From: an uncultured Acidobacteriota bacterium
GTDB taxonomy: Bacteria > Acidobacteriota > Thermoanaerobaculia > Gp7-AA8
Reading direction: 5' to 3'
Length of the DNA stretch: 64,000 nt
Assembly (NCBI GenBank): GCA_963822445.1
Contig: CAWGHO010000001.1
Coordinates: 1,184,001-1,248,000 of the forward strand
Of this stretch, positions 44,095 through 53,105 are shown piece by piece. Below the pieces are notes generated by a model. The model searched no databases. It had not been told where the DNA came from and was given only the letters and a program-made list of their open reading frames with translations. Each line of letters opens with the position of its first letter. Position 1 is the stretch's first letter. Made by a program: the position numbers and the translations under genes.

Positions 44095-45424
44095 CATTCG
44101 CATTAAGTTAAGAGCCGGCGTACCCTAAGTGTATGAATCGACGGGTGGATGAGCGGGAGTGGATTCAGTATCAATGGGACTATCTGGTGGCGCTGCTGGG
44201 TGGCAAGCGGCGCATTGAGCGGCTGGCGTATGAGACCGGTGCATTTACGCGACGGCGGAAGGTCGATAGTCCAAGTGATCTGCTGCGTCTGATCTTCACG
44301 TGGGCGGTTGCCGAACGGTCGTTGCAAGAGACTGCGGCCTTGGCTGCCGAGTCGGAACTGGCGGATCTGAGCGCGCCCGCTCTGCTGGGCCGATTCTCAC
44401 AGGCCGAGGCGTGGCTCGGGGCAGTTCTGGGTGATCTGCTCGCTGCGCGGAGCGCGGTCACCTACCGGGTACCGACGTCCGGTTAATCGATGCCACCTCA
44501 ATCAGTTGCCGTGGCAGCAACAACACCGAGCGCCGGGTCCATCTCGCGCTGGATCTACGTACGAACCGCACCACAGCGGTCGACCTCTCTGACCGGCACG
44601 GAGGCGAGACGCTGGAGCGCTTTGTCTTTCGTCCAGGGGAGATCGTGATTGCCGATCGCGGATATGCGAAGCGTAAGGACGTTGCGCACGTGTCGCGAAG
44701 CGGTGCATGGTTTGTGATCCGGATCGGCTGGACCAACCTGCCGCTCGAGCATCTGGACGGGGAACCTTTCGACCTGATTGGAACGCTTGGCGGCCTCCCT
44801 GAGGCGGCGGCTGCAGAGTTTTCCGTTCAGATTCGTACGGCGAAGGATGCGTTGGTGCCGTGCCCTGGTGGCTGTACGGAAGAGCGAACCAGCCGCCGAG
44901 CGCGCACGGCAGCAGATCCTCGCCGACGCCCGACGGCACGGCAATCCGCAGGTCGACCTGCGCACACTCGAAGCCGCGGGGTGCATATTCGTCATCACCA
45001 ATTTGCCCAACGAGATCTCGCCGAGAGCGTGCTGGAGCTCTATCGCCTACGGTGGCAGATCGAGATCAAGTTCAAGACCCTCAAGTCCGTACTTCACCTC
45101 GGAAACCCGCCGACCCGAAGCGGCGAGCTGCTGAACGTTTATCTCATGGCGAAGCTGATCGTTGCGCTGCTGATCGAGGAGTTCATCTATCAGGCCGAGT
45201 CTATTTCCCCCTGGGGATACCCGCTCGAGGCCAATACAACCGTGGCGGCTGACGCGACTCCTGCTTGAAGCTGTGATCGCCGCAATCCGGCCAGTGCTGT
45301 CGCTGCGACTCCGCTGGAGTCGGCCCCTTCGCTGTTCCCGTCATCTTGCCCAAGCGAATAGAAGTCGACCAAACCAGCGCACGTCGGCACGCTACGTTAC
45401 TGGAGACATAAGTTAATGCGAATG
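44095..45424 (+). mobile_element. IS4-family insertion sequence, IS186/IS421-like (1330 bp)
   Basis: IRs CATTCGCATTAAGTTA / TAAGTTAATGCGAATG (15/16 match); 11-bp target duplication CGGCCGAGCCG (44084-44094, 45425-45435). Confidence 0.9.
44133..45268 (+). pseudogene. IS186-like IS4 transposase, frameshifted (pseudogene or sequencing indels)
   Basis: Fragments GAFTRRRKV...DLLRL, IADRGY, TLEAAG.IFVITNLP and YRLRWQIE..FKTLKS.L.L in different frames; switches near 44470, 44865 and 45020. Confidence 0.82.
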
Positions 45425-45977
45425 CGGCCGAGCCGCCTACCACGTCCCGCGATGCACGGCGTCACGCCGCTTGCAACCGCGTCAACGTCAAATGCGGCAA
45501 GCGGCGTGCCGCGACTGCTCGCTCGCACGTGGGGCCTCGCCGCAGCTCAGGCGATAGACGTTCGTCGAGAAGCACCCTTTCCATGAACGCTTCGTATCTC
45601 GCACGTTGAACGCGTGCGTGGCGCGGCGCCGCGCCCAGGCGACGCGGACGCACGACTTCCAACCGCGCACAATTCGCTCGATGAAATAGACGGAGGTTTG
45701 CGAATCGGTTCGGGCAACATGGCAAAGCGCCAAGCGCCCCATCGGTGGCATCTTCAATCTAGCGCATCTCACGCGATCACCCTACTGTCCGCATGCCATT
45801 CAAACCGCGCAATAGACGGCGACCTCTATCGTTGCGGTGGTCGCTAAGCCAGTGCGTCTATTGGTTATTCGGTCGACGAACACAAAAAGCTTAAGGTGGC
45901 TTTATGGGAGCCCGACCGCGCCTGACTCACGCCGCAGGCCGAGTGTCGGACGATCACATGCTATTCTTGATCTGCCG

Positions 45978-46511
45978 ATGCAGAGCTCGAGAGGCATAGT
46001 TGTACGTGCAGCGACTTGGGTGGTCGCGGCCTTCCTTGCTTCGGGGTTCCAATTTTCAACCTCCGCGCAGGAATCGCAGCGTCTCACGGCAAGCGATGCA
46101 TTCGCCATGTACTCATCGATGCTTGCCGAGATTTCACACGCGTCGCTCGACGACTTTAAAACTGTCATCGGCTTGCTTGAACGAGACGGCTTCCGAAAGG
46201 CGTCCGACAACTCCTGGCGTTTCCGAAACGAAAGCGGCAGCGTCGTCGTCGCCGCGTACCCAGAGCAGGGATCGTACTTTGTCTCGCTTGCGCCCAAGAA
46301 TACAGGTCCGTTCGGCGATGCTGCTCTGGCCGCCCTGATAGCCAAGGCGGAGGCAGTCATGCTCGACAGCGGCGGACAATCCATCGAGATATTGCTTCGC
46401 CGATCGAACCAGCAACGTCTTGGGAAGACCGTCGAGGTCAGCGAGTACATCTACGTCGCCCTGAATGGTGCCATCTGGTGGCGAACGTCACGCGCAATCG
46501 TATGGCGCTAA
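45978..46511 (+). CDS. Hypothetical secreted protein (cassette gene)
   Basis: Signal-peptide-like MQSSRGIVVRAATWVVAAFLASGFQFSTSAQE; stop 5 nt before R'' GCATAAC. Start uncertain. Confidence 0.65.
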   Translation: MQSSRGIVVRAATWVVAAFLASGFQFSTSAQESQRLTASDAFAMYSSMLAEISHASLDDFKTVIGLLERDGFRKASDNSWRFRNESGSVVVAAYPEQGSYFVSLAPKNTGPFGDAALAALIAKAEAVMLDSGGQSIEILLRRSNQQRLGKTVEVSEYIYVALNGAIWWRTSRAIVWR

Positions 46512-46516
46512 ACGCG

Positions 46517-46714
46517 GCATAACTACTGCCAGGAGCTGTCGCGGCCCGGCTTCGGTCCGCCGGCCGAGCCGGCTGCTTTTTCGCCAGAGGGACGGCGTCA
46601 CGGCGGTTGCAGGTCGCCACTCGCTGCATCGCAGTTCATTGGCGGCAACCGCCGCGCCGCTCCGGCTTCGGCGCGCGGGCCCTGGCCGCGCAGCTCAGGC
46701 GATAGACGTTAGCC
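46517..46714 (+). other. attC-like site 2 (intact, 198 bp)
   Basis: GCATAAC-TACT-GCCAGGAGCTG-T-CGCGGCC ... GGCCGCG-CAGCTCAGGC-GATAGAC-GTTAGCC, with a long internal stem (CGGCGGTTGC/GCAACCGCCG). Confidence 0.85.
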
Positions 46715-46813
46715 TGACACCGAGAGAGAGCGCCAGAACTCATACTTTCGAGCGCCGCATCCCGATGACGTACTCGTGACGTAAGTCTCGGCACTCGTGT
46801 AAGATCGTTCGCA

Positions 46814-47038
46814 ATGCCACAAGCCTTCGACACCTCGCCGCGCGCAGCAGCCGTACACGCCCAGCTCTATCGTGACATCGGCCCAGCGAAGCGAGCTGAA
46901 ATCATGGCGGAGCTCAGCGACGCGCTACGAGATCTCGCTGCGGCCGGCGTCCGGCGACGACATCCTGAGTACGATGACGAGCGTGTTCGAAAAGAAGTCC
47001 TCGCGGTCTTCTATGGCCGCGGTCGAACGTCGCTGTGA
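46814..47038 (+). CDS. Small putative antitoxin, MenA1 (Rv0078B)-like
   Basis: 74 aa, DTSP...R......L.....R.L...G.R.RHPE; overlaps the downstream NTase gene (GTGA). Confidence 0.65.
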   Translation: MPQAFDTSPRAAAVHAQLYRDIGPAKRAEIMAELSDALRDLAAAGVRRRHPEYDDERVRKEVLAVFYGRGRTSL

Positions 47039-47592
47039 GCCTCCGAGACGCTTTTCGAAACATGCGAGATGCTCTTGAGGAGCTTGGAATACCGTACATG
47101 GTGACGGGTTCCGTCGCGAGCTCCGTGCACGGTGTTCCGCGAGCTACTCAAGACATCGATGTGATCATCGAGCCGACACGTGACCAGCTAGTTGCGCTCT
47201 TAAACAGGTTTTCCGAACCAATCTACGACGCCGATCGCGACGACGCTTTGGATGCTCTCAATCGACGATCAATGTTCAGCGTGATCGATCGCAGAGGCAT
47301 ATGGAAGATCGACTTCATCGTTCGCAAGCAGCGTCCGTTCAGTAAGAAAGAATTTGACCGACGGGTGAGAATCGATATTCTCGATGTTTTAGTGTATTCG
47401 GCGACACCGGAAGATGTACTCCTTGCAAAGCTCGAGTGGGCGAAATTGGGTGAATCCGAACGCCAGATCCGTGATGCTGCAGGCATCATCGAAATTCAGG
47501 GCGAGAAGCTTGACCGTGAGTATGTGGAGCGGTGGGCCGCAGCCCTGGATATTGAGGATCAATTGCACGCAGCACGAGCAAAGGCAGGCTAA
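47035..47592 (+). CDS. Nucleotidyltransferase-fold protein, MenT1-like putative toxin
   Basis: GSVASSVHGVPRATQDID (GS...DxD), KIDF, EDVLLAKL.W...SERQ.RD; stop inside R'' GGCTAAC. Confidence 0.75.
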   Translation: MSLRDAFRNMRDALEELGIPYMVTGSVASSVHGVPRATQDIDVIIEPTRDQLVALLNRFSEPIYDADRDDALDALNRRSMFSVIDRRGIWKIDFIVRKQRPFSKKEFDRRVRIDILDVLVYSATPEDVLLAKLEWAKLGESERQIRDAAGIIEIQGEKLDREYVERWAAALDIEDQLHAARAKAG

Positions 47593-47767
47593 CTACTGCC
47601 CGAGGCTGTCGGAGAGCCGTCTGCCGCGCCCGGCGCTGAAGCGCCTCGTGAAGCGTTGCTTGCCCGCGGAAGGCCGGCCATCCCTACGCGCCACGGCGCC
47701 GAGGAGCGCGCCACGCAAACCCTACCCACGCGGAACCTCGCCGCATCTCACGCGTTAGACGCTGGAT
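47587..47767 (+). other. attC-like site 3 (terminal, degenerate, 181 bp)
   Basis: GGCTAACTACTGCCCGAGGCTGTCGG ... CGCCGCATCTCACGCGTTAGACGCTGG aligns with the other copies, with GCT in place of the R' GTT. Confidence 0.7.
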
Positions 47768-47819
47768 TGCCCTCGATTCCGATAGCATCGAGCCCCGTAG
47801 CCGTCAGGGAGGGAGAAAG

Positions 47820-48986
47820 ATGACGTACCGCGTTCTTATATTCACCTTGCTCGCGCTCTGCGTGAGCGCAACCGCCGCGTCGCAGCCGGTCGTCGTCGGG
47901 CAAAGCCACCGCCTTCGTTCATCGGTCCTGAACGAAGACCGCACTTACCGCGTTCATCTTCCGGCGAGCTATGGATGGGCGAAGGATCGGCGATATCCGG
48001 TTCTGTACGTGCTCGATGGCGCGACGCATTTTCTGCACACGTCCGGGTCCGCCGGCTATCTCGCGGCGCAGGGCGAGATCCCGGAAATGATCGTGGTTGC
48101 GCTCGACAGCACCGTCCGGATCAGAGACTTCACCCAGTCGGACTGGTCGAGCGCATGGGTTGGAGGAGGGGGCGCGGCGAACTTCAAGCGCTTCCTTTCC
48201 ACCGAGCTCATTCCGAACATCGAGCGCGCTTATCGCACCAACGGGTTCCGCGTGCTGGCCGGCCACTCCGCCGGTGGACAGTTCGTCCTGTACTGCCTCA
48301 CCTCCGAGCCGTCTCTCTTTCAGGCCTACATGGCGTTCAGCCCGAGTCTCGACTGGGACGACAACCTGCCCCAGAAATCGCTGGCCAAATCGTTCGACTC
48401 GACGCGCTCGCTGAAGGCGTTTCTGTACGTCGCGCGATCGGATGATTCCGGCCGCGCATTGGAGGATTACGACCGGCTGGTGGAAACCCTGAAAACGAAA
48501 TCGCCGCAGGGATTCCGCTGGCACAGCCAGCCCTATCCTGACGAAACCCACGGCAGCATTCCTTTGCTCGCACAGATCGATGCCCTTCGCCGACTGTACT
48601 CCGGTTACCGGTTTCACGGAGACCTGGTGTCGAAGGGCCTCGACTTCGCGGAGAAGCATTTCGAAGAGGTCTCCAGGACCGTGGGATGGCCTCTGCCCGT
48701 TCCCGAAAGCGTGATCAACGATTTCGGTTACGACGCGCTGGCGGCGGGGAAAACGGAAGCTGCCATTACTCTCTTCACGCGCAACGTTCTGGCGAATCCG
48801 AATTCCGCCAACGCCTACGACAGTCTGGCGGACGCGTATGAAAAGGCGGAGAACTGGAAAGAAGCGGCAAAAGCAGCAGAGAAAGCCGCCGCTCTGGCTA
48901 TAGAGTTCGACCTTGCCAACCGGGAGTACTTCATTCAGCACGCCGCAAAAATGAAGGCCCGGCTCGAACAGGAATCGAAACCATGA
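47820..48986 (+). CDS. Alpha/beta-hydrolase esterase (IroE/BesA-like) with C-terminal TPR
   Basis: YPVLYVLDG, GHSAGG nucleophile elbow, ETHGS and NPNSANAYDSLADAY TPR; GGAGG RBS. Confidence 0.88.
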   Translation: MTYRVLIFTLLALCVSATAASQPVVVGQSHRLRSSVLNEDRTYRVHLPASYGWAKDRRYPVLYVLDGATHFLHTSGSAGYLAAQGEIPEMIVVALDSTVRIRDFTQSDWSSAWVGGGGAANFKRFLSTELIPNIERAYRTNGFRVLAGHSAGGQFVLYCLTSEPSLFQAYMAFSPSLDWDDNLPQKSLAKSFDSTRSLKAFLYVARSDDSGRALEDYDRLVETLKTKSPQGFRWHSQPYPDETHGSIPLLAQIDALRRLYSGYRFHGDLVSKGLDFAEKHFEEVSRTVGWPLPVPESVINDFGYDALAAGKTEAAITLFTRNVLANPNSANAYDSLADAYEKAENWKEAAKAAEKAAALAIEFDLANREYFIQHAAKMKARLEQESKP

Positions 48987-49357
48987 TCAACGGCTTTCAC
49001 GGCGTTCGCTATCAGGTGAAGGATGTCGCCCGATCGATCGACTTCTACACCGAACATCTCGGCTTCAAACTGGAGCACAAGCAGCTTCCCGCGTTTGCCG
49101 CTCTTTCCCTCGGCGCGCTCCCGCTCCTGCTGAGCGGGCCCGGCGCTTCGGGCTCGCGTCTCGTCAATGGCGAGCCTCAGGAGCCGGGCGGCTGGAATCG
49201 CATCGTTCTTCGCGTTGCCGATCTTTCGTCATTCATCGAGGCCCTAAGCAAGGCCGGTCTCCGGTTTCGAGGCGAAATGCAGGTTGGCCCGGGAGGAAAG
49301 CAGATTCAATTGCTCGACCCCGACGGCAATCCGATCGAGCTATTCGAGCCGGCCTAG
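48983..49357 (+). CDS. VOC/glyoxalase family protein
   Basis: V.DV.RSIDFY..HLGF and DPDGNPIELF. Confidence 0.9.
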   Translation: MINGFHGVRYQVKDVARSIDFYTEHLGFKLEHKQLPAFAALSLGALPLLLSGPGASGSRLVNGEPQEPGGWNRIVLRVADLSSFIEALSKAGLRFRGEMQVGPGGKQIQLLDPDGNPIELFEPA

Positions 49358-51631
49358 GATCTCCTGATACCTGGCCTCCCCTCGCAGCGGCTCGAACGGC
49401 GGCGAGACGCGCATGGCCGACAGCCAGTAATCGCGATTCGCATACGCCTCGTCGAGCAGCGCCGTGGCGCGGGCGCGATCGCCGAGGAGGTACCAGGTGC
49501 CCGCTCGCAAAGCGGGGGTATGGGTGATGCCGGGCGAGGTCGGGCCGAGATCCTCGAGTGTGGCGATGGCCGCGACGCGGTCGCCGGTGCGCGCGTACGC
49601 GTAGGCGAGAAACGACTTCGAGACCGGGAAGTTCCGCGATGCCGAGTAGCGAAGACCCTCGATGGCTTTCGCGTAATCGCCCGAAGCCAGCGCGACGTAG
49701 CCGCGGATGTGCCGCGGATACAGCGCGTTCGGATCGAGCTCGATGGTCTCGTCGATCTGCTTCGTCGCTTCCTCGCGACGCCCGGCGTGCACGAGCGCGA
49801 AGGCGACGTTCGACTGGATCTGCGTCGAGAACGGATCGAGCCGCGCCGCTTCCTGCATCTGTCCGACGCCCTCCTGCGCGCGGCCGACGTTCACGAGGTA
49901 GACGCCATACCAGTGATGGGCGACGGCGTAGTTCGGATTGAGCTCGAGCGCGCGGCGGAACGATCGCTCGGCGGACGGCAGGTCGAGGAGGCAACAGAGA
50001 TTCAGGTATCCGAGGGATGTGTGGGCTTCGGCGAGGCTCTCGTCGAGCTTCAGCGCCTGCCGCGCCGCGGAGACCGCGCGATCGCACGCCTGCCGCCACG
50101 GTGCCGTGCCGAGTTGCATCTGCCCGATGTACGCATCAGCAACGCCGCTGTAGGCGCGGCCATAAGTCGGGTCGGCTTCCAGGGCCTGTTGAAAGAAGCC
50201 GTGCGCCTTCGCCAGCGACTCGGCATCGCGCTTGTTCCAGAAATAGCGGCCCTTGAGATAGAGGTCCGTCGCCGCGCGGCTCTCCGTCGGTGCAGGAGGC
50301 GGCGATGTACGTCCACCGCCTCGCAACGCGCTGGTGACATCGCCGGAGATCTGGCGCTCGATGGCGAGCACGTCGTGCTCGTACTGCCTTCCCCAGAGCC
50401 GCGTGCCGTCGGCGGCGTCCACGAGCTCCGCGTCGACGAGCAGCCGCTTCCCCGAGCGCCGCACCTGCCCGGCCACGATCGCGTCGACGCCGAGCTCCTT
50501 CGCCACCGCCGGAAGCGCTTTGTCCGTGTTCTTGTAGCGAAAGGCCGTCGTTCTCGCGATGACGCGAAGATCGGGCACGCGCGAGAGATCGTTGAGTAAC
50601 GCGTCGGTCACGCCGTCGCTGAGATATTCGAGATTCGCGTCGCCGGTGACGTTCCCGAACGGAATCACCACCAGCGATTTCACGATTCGCGTCGGTGCCC
50701 TGTCCCGAAACAGCAGCGCGACCGCGGTCGCAATCACTGCGGCGGCGATCGCCAACGCCAGAACGCGCGAGCGCTTGCGTTTCGGTTCCGCGGCCGGCTT
50801 CCCCGCCAGCACTTCGCGCAGATCGATCGCGAGATCGCGCGCGGAGTGATAACGATCGTCCGGCTTCTTCGCGAGGCAGCGGCGGACGATGCGGTCGAGA
50901 GCCTCAGGATCGAGTGGCCGAGGCTGTCCGCTGACGATGTTCGAGAGGACGTCGAAGGACGACTCCCCTTCGAACGCCCGCCGCCGCGCGATGGCTTCGT
51001 AGAGGATGCAGCCCGCCGCGAAGATGTCGCTGCGCGCGTCGGCGGTTTTGCCGCGAATCTGTTCGGGCGAGATGTAGCCGGCTGTGCCGACGACGACGCG
51101 CGACTCGGGATCGAGCGGCGTCGTCGCATCGGTCGATCCTGCAATTTGCGGGACCTGCAGCTTCGCCAGACCGAAGTCGAGGATCTTCGCGTAACCGTCC
51201 GCGGTGACCATCACGTTGTCCGGCTTCAGATCGCGATGCACGATCCCCGCGGCGTGCGCCTTGGCCAGCCCCTCGACGACCTGCACGCAATAGCCGAGCA
51301 ATTCGTCGCGCGATACTTCGGGATCGTTGATCAGGTCGCGCAGGCTGCGCCCTTCGATCAGTTCCGAGACCATGTAACTCCGCCCGTCGGCCTCGCCGAA
51401 GCCGTGCACGGTGAGGATGTTCGGATGATTCAGCGCCGACGCCGCCTCGGCCTCCCGCCGGAACCGCGCCACGGCGTCCGCGTCGTTCGCCAGATATGTC
51501 GCGAGCACTTTCACGGCGACGTCGCGGCGCAGCTTCAGGTCGCGGGCGCGATAGACCTCGCCCATTCCTCCCGCGCCGAGGAACGAGACCACTTCGTAGT
51601 CGCCGAGGCGCGTGCCGGGCTCGATGCGCAT
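49340..51631 (-). CDS. Hanks-type Ser/Thr kinase with TolB_N-like and TPR domains
   Basis: LGAGGMGEVY, VAVK, HRDLKPDN, DFGLAK, GTAGYISPE, then YLSDG.T..L...LS TolB-like segment and TPRs. Confidence 0.93.
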   Translation of the reverse strand: MRIEPGTRLGDYEVVSFLGAGGMGEVYRARDLKLRRDVAVKVLATYLANDADAVARFRREAEAASALNHPNILTVHGFGEADGRSYMVSELIEGRSLRDLINDPEVSRDELLGYCVQVVEGLAKAHAAGIVHRDLKPDNVMVTADGYAKILDFGLAKLQVPQIAGSTDATTPLDPESRVVVGTAGYISPEQIRGKTADARSDIFAAGCILYEAIARRRAFEGESSFDVLSNIVSGQPRPLDPEALDRIVRRCLAKKPDDRYHSARDLAIDLREVLAGKPAAEPKRKRSRVLALAIAAAVIATAVALLFRDRAPTRIVKSLVVIPFGNVTGDANLEYLSDGVTDALLNDLSRVPDLRVIARTTAFRYKNTDKALPAVAKELGVDAIVAGQVRRSGKRLLVDAELVDAADGTRLWGRQYEHDVLAIERQISGDVTSALRGGGRTSPPPAPTESRAATDLYLKGRYFWNKRDAESLAKAHGFFQQALEADPTYGRAYSGVADAYIGQMQLGTAPWRQACDRAVSAARQALKLDESLAEAHTSLGYLNLCCLLDLPSAERSFRRALELNPNYAVAHHWYGVYLVNVGRAQEGVGQMQEAARLDPFSTQIQSNVAFALVHAGRREEATKQIDETIELDPNALYPRHIRGYVALASGDYAKAIEGLRYSASRNFPVSKSFLAYAYARTGDRVAAIATLEDLGPTSPGITHTPALRAGTWYLLGDRARATALLDEAYANRDYWLSAMRVSPPFEPLRGEARYQEILGRLE

Positions 51632-51688
51632 GATGTGAGATCGCGATTATGGCGAAACCGGAGCGCCGGACCCAGCATCGAAGGGCGT

Positions 51689-52327
51689 ATGGATGAAGAG
51701 CAACGCCGATTGGTGCGCAAGCATCCGCTGGCGATCCGCTGGTTTCACTGGATCAACTTCCCGCTCCTCGCGCTCATGATCTGGAGCGGGATCCTCATTT
51801 ACTGGGCGTATCCGGCCTACATCACCTTCGACCAGAAACTCTGGCGGGCGCTGGGCATCAACAACCGGCTGGCCGAGGGGATGGCGCTGCATTTCTTCTT
51901 CATGTGGCTGTTCGGCGTGAACGGCGTGCTGTACGTCGCGTACACGATCGTCTCCGGCGAATGGCGCGAGCTCGTTCCGCGCCGCGGTACGTTGCGCGAA
52001 GCGTGGCAGGTCGTGCTGCACGACCTGCGGATCCGCAAGGAACCTCTGCCTCGGAAGAAGTTCAACGGCGCGCAGCAGATCGCCTACACGTCGGTGGTGC
52101 TCATGGGATTCGGCTCGCTGGTGAGCGGCCTGGCGATTTACAGGCCGGTGCAGTTCGCCTGGCTGGCCTGGATGTTCGGCGGATACCAGGGCGCGCGGCT
52201 CGTGCACTTCCTGCTCACCGTCGGTTACGTCCTCTTCTTCATCGTGCACATCGCCCAGGTCGTGCGCGCGGGATGGAACAACTTCCGGGCGATGGTCATC
52301 GGCGTCGAGGTCGTGAATGAGCGATGA
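51689..52327 (+). CDS. Cytochrome b/b6-domain membrane subunit (YdhU-like)
   Basis: IRWFHWIN, LHFFFMW, KFNGAQQIAY and ARLVHF...FFIVH heme-ligand histidines. Confidence 0.85.
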   Translation: MDEEQRRLVRKHPLAIRWFHWINFPLLALMIWSGILIYWAYPAYITFDQKLWRALGINNRLAEGMALHFFFMWLFGVNGVLYVAYTIVSGEWRELVPRRGTLREAWQVVLHDLRIRKEPLPRKKFNGAQQIAYTSVVLMGFGSLVSGLAIYRPVQFAWLAWMFGGYQGARLVHFLLTVGYVLFFIVHIAQVVRAGWNNFRAMVIGVEVVNER

Positions 52328-53046
52328 CGTCGACAAAGAAATCAAGCGTCTGACCCGGCGCGGATTCCTCACCGCCGCGATCGCGGCCGGCGCCGGCTAC
52401 GCGAGCTACAAGTGGCTTCGCACGCGTCCACGCGAAGGCGGCGTGGAATGGCCGATGCGGCGGGTGCTGCAGGCGAATGAAGCGCTGTCCAGCGCCTACT
52501 TCAGCACCGCGCGGCTCAGTCCTCAATTCGATCGCGGCGATATCACCCGCGCCCGCATCAACGGCCGTCTCGGATTGCAGTCGGCTTTCGATCCGGAACA
52601 GTGGCGTCTGAAGATCGAAGGGGCGGCGCAAGCTGTCGCGCTCACGCTGGACGAGATCAAGGCGCTCCCGCGGCACGAGATGATCACCGAGCTGCGATGC
52701 ATCGAGGGCTGGTCGACGATCAACCAGTGGGCGGGCGCGCGGCTGCGCGGATGTGATCGCGAACTACCCGCCGCAGCACGACTCGAAATTCGTCGGCATC
52801 GAGACGCCGGACCGCGCGTACTACGTGGGGCTGGACATCGAGAGCGCCCTCCATCCGCAGACGCTCCTCGCCTACGAAATGAACGGCGCGCCGCTGGCCG
52901 CGCTGCATGGCGCGCCGCTGCGGCTGGCCATCCCGGTGAAGTACGGGATCAAGAACATCAAGCGCATCGGCACGATCCGTTACACGAACGTGCGGCCGGC
53001 CGATTTCTGGGCCGAGCGCGGATACGACTGGTACGCGGGGCATTAG
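52317..53046 (+). CDS. Molybdopterin-dependent oxidoreductase (sulfite oxidase family, MsrP/YedY-like); one frameshift near 52750
   Basis: Tat-like TRRGFL and CIEGWS..QW.G, then HPQTLLAYEMNG.PL...HGAPLRL..PVKYG.KNIK in the next frame. Confidence 0.85.
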
Positions 53047-53105
53047 CGACCTCCCGTCACCGCCTCCCGGCCCCTTTCCATGCTAATGTCGTTGGGGTCC
53101 CAACG

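Larger units (their letters stand above)
42997..45566 (+). other. attC-like site 1, interrupted by two IS elements (reconstructed length 189 bp)
   Basis: R'' GGCTAAC; GCTAACTACTGCCAGGAGCTGTCGGCG (from 44038) continues after the second IS to CGCCGCAGCTCAGGCGATAGACGTTCGTC (to 45566). Confidence 0.8.
41889..47767 (+). mobile_element. Integron-like gene cassette array without adjacent integrase (CALIN-like, with attI-like site)
   Basis: Three related attC-like hairpins, each beginning ...TAACTACTGCC; cassette ends complementary over 9 bp; co-oriented, more AT-rich ORFs whose stops lie in or next to the R'' box. Confidence 0.85.

Noticed and set aside
45561-45977. Short ORFs such as 45614-45847
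   Set aside because: No motifs, RBS or convincing composition; treated as non-coding or decayed cassette DNA.
44038-47610. AACTACTGCC(A/C)G repeats as CRISPR direct repeats
   Set aside because: Spaced by kilobases with whole genes between them; they fit attC architecture.
47754-47760. GTTAGAC as the R' box of the last attC
   Set aside because: Alignment with the other copies makes it the GATAGAC spacer; the homologous R' position is GCT at 47761.
47820-49357. Esterase and VOC genes as further cassettes
   Set aside because: No attC-like element follows them and I saw no complementary ends.
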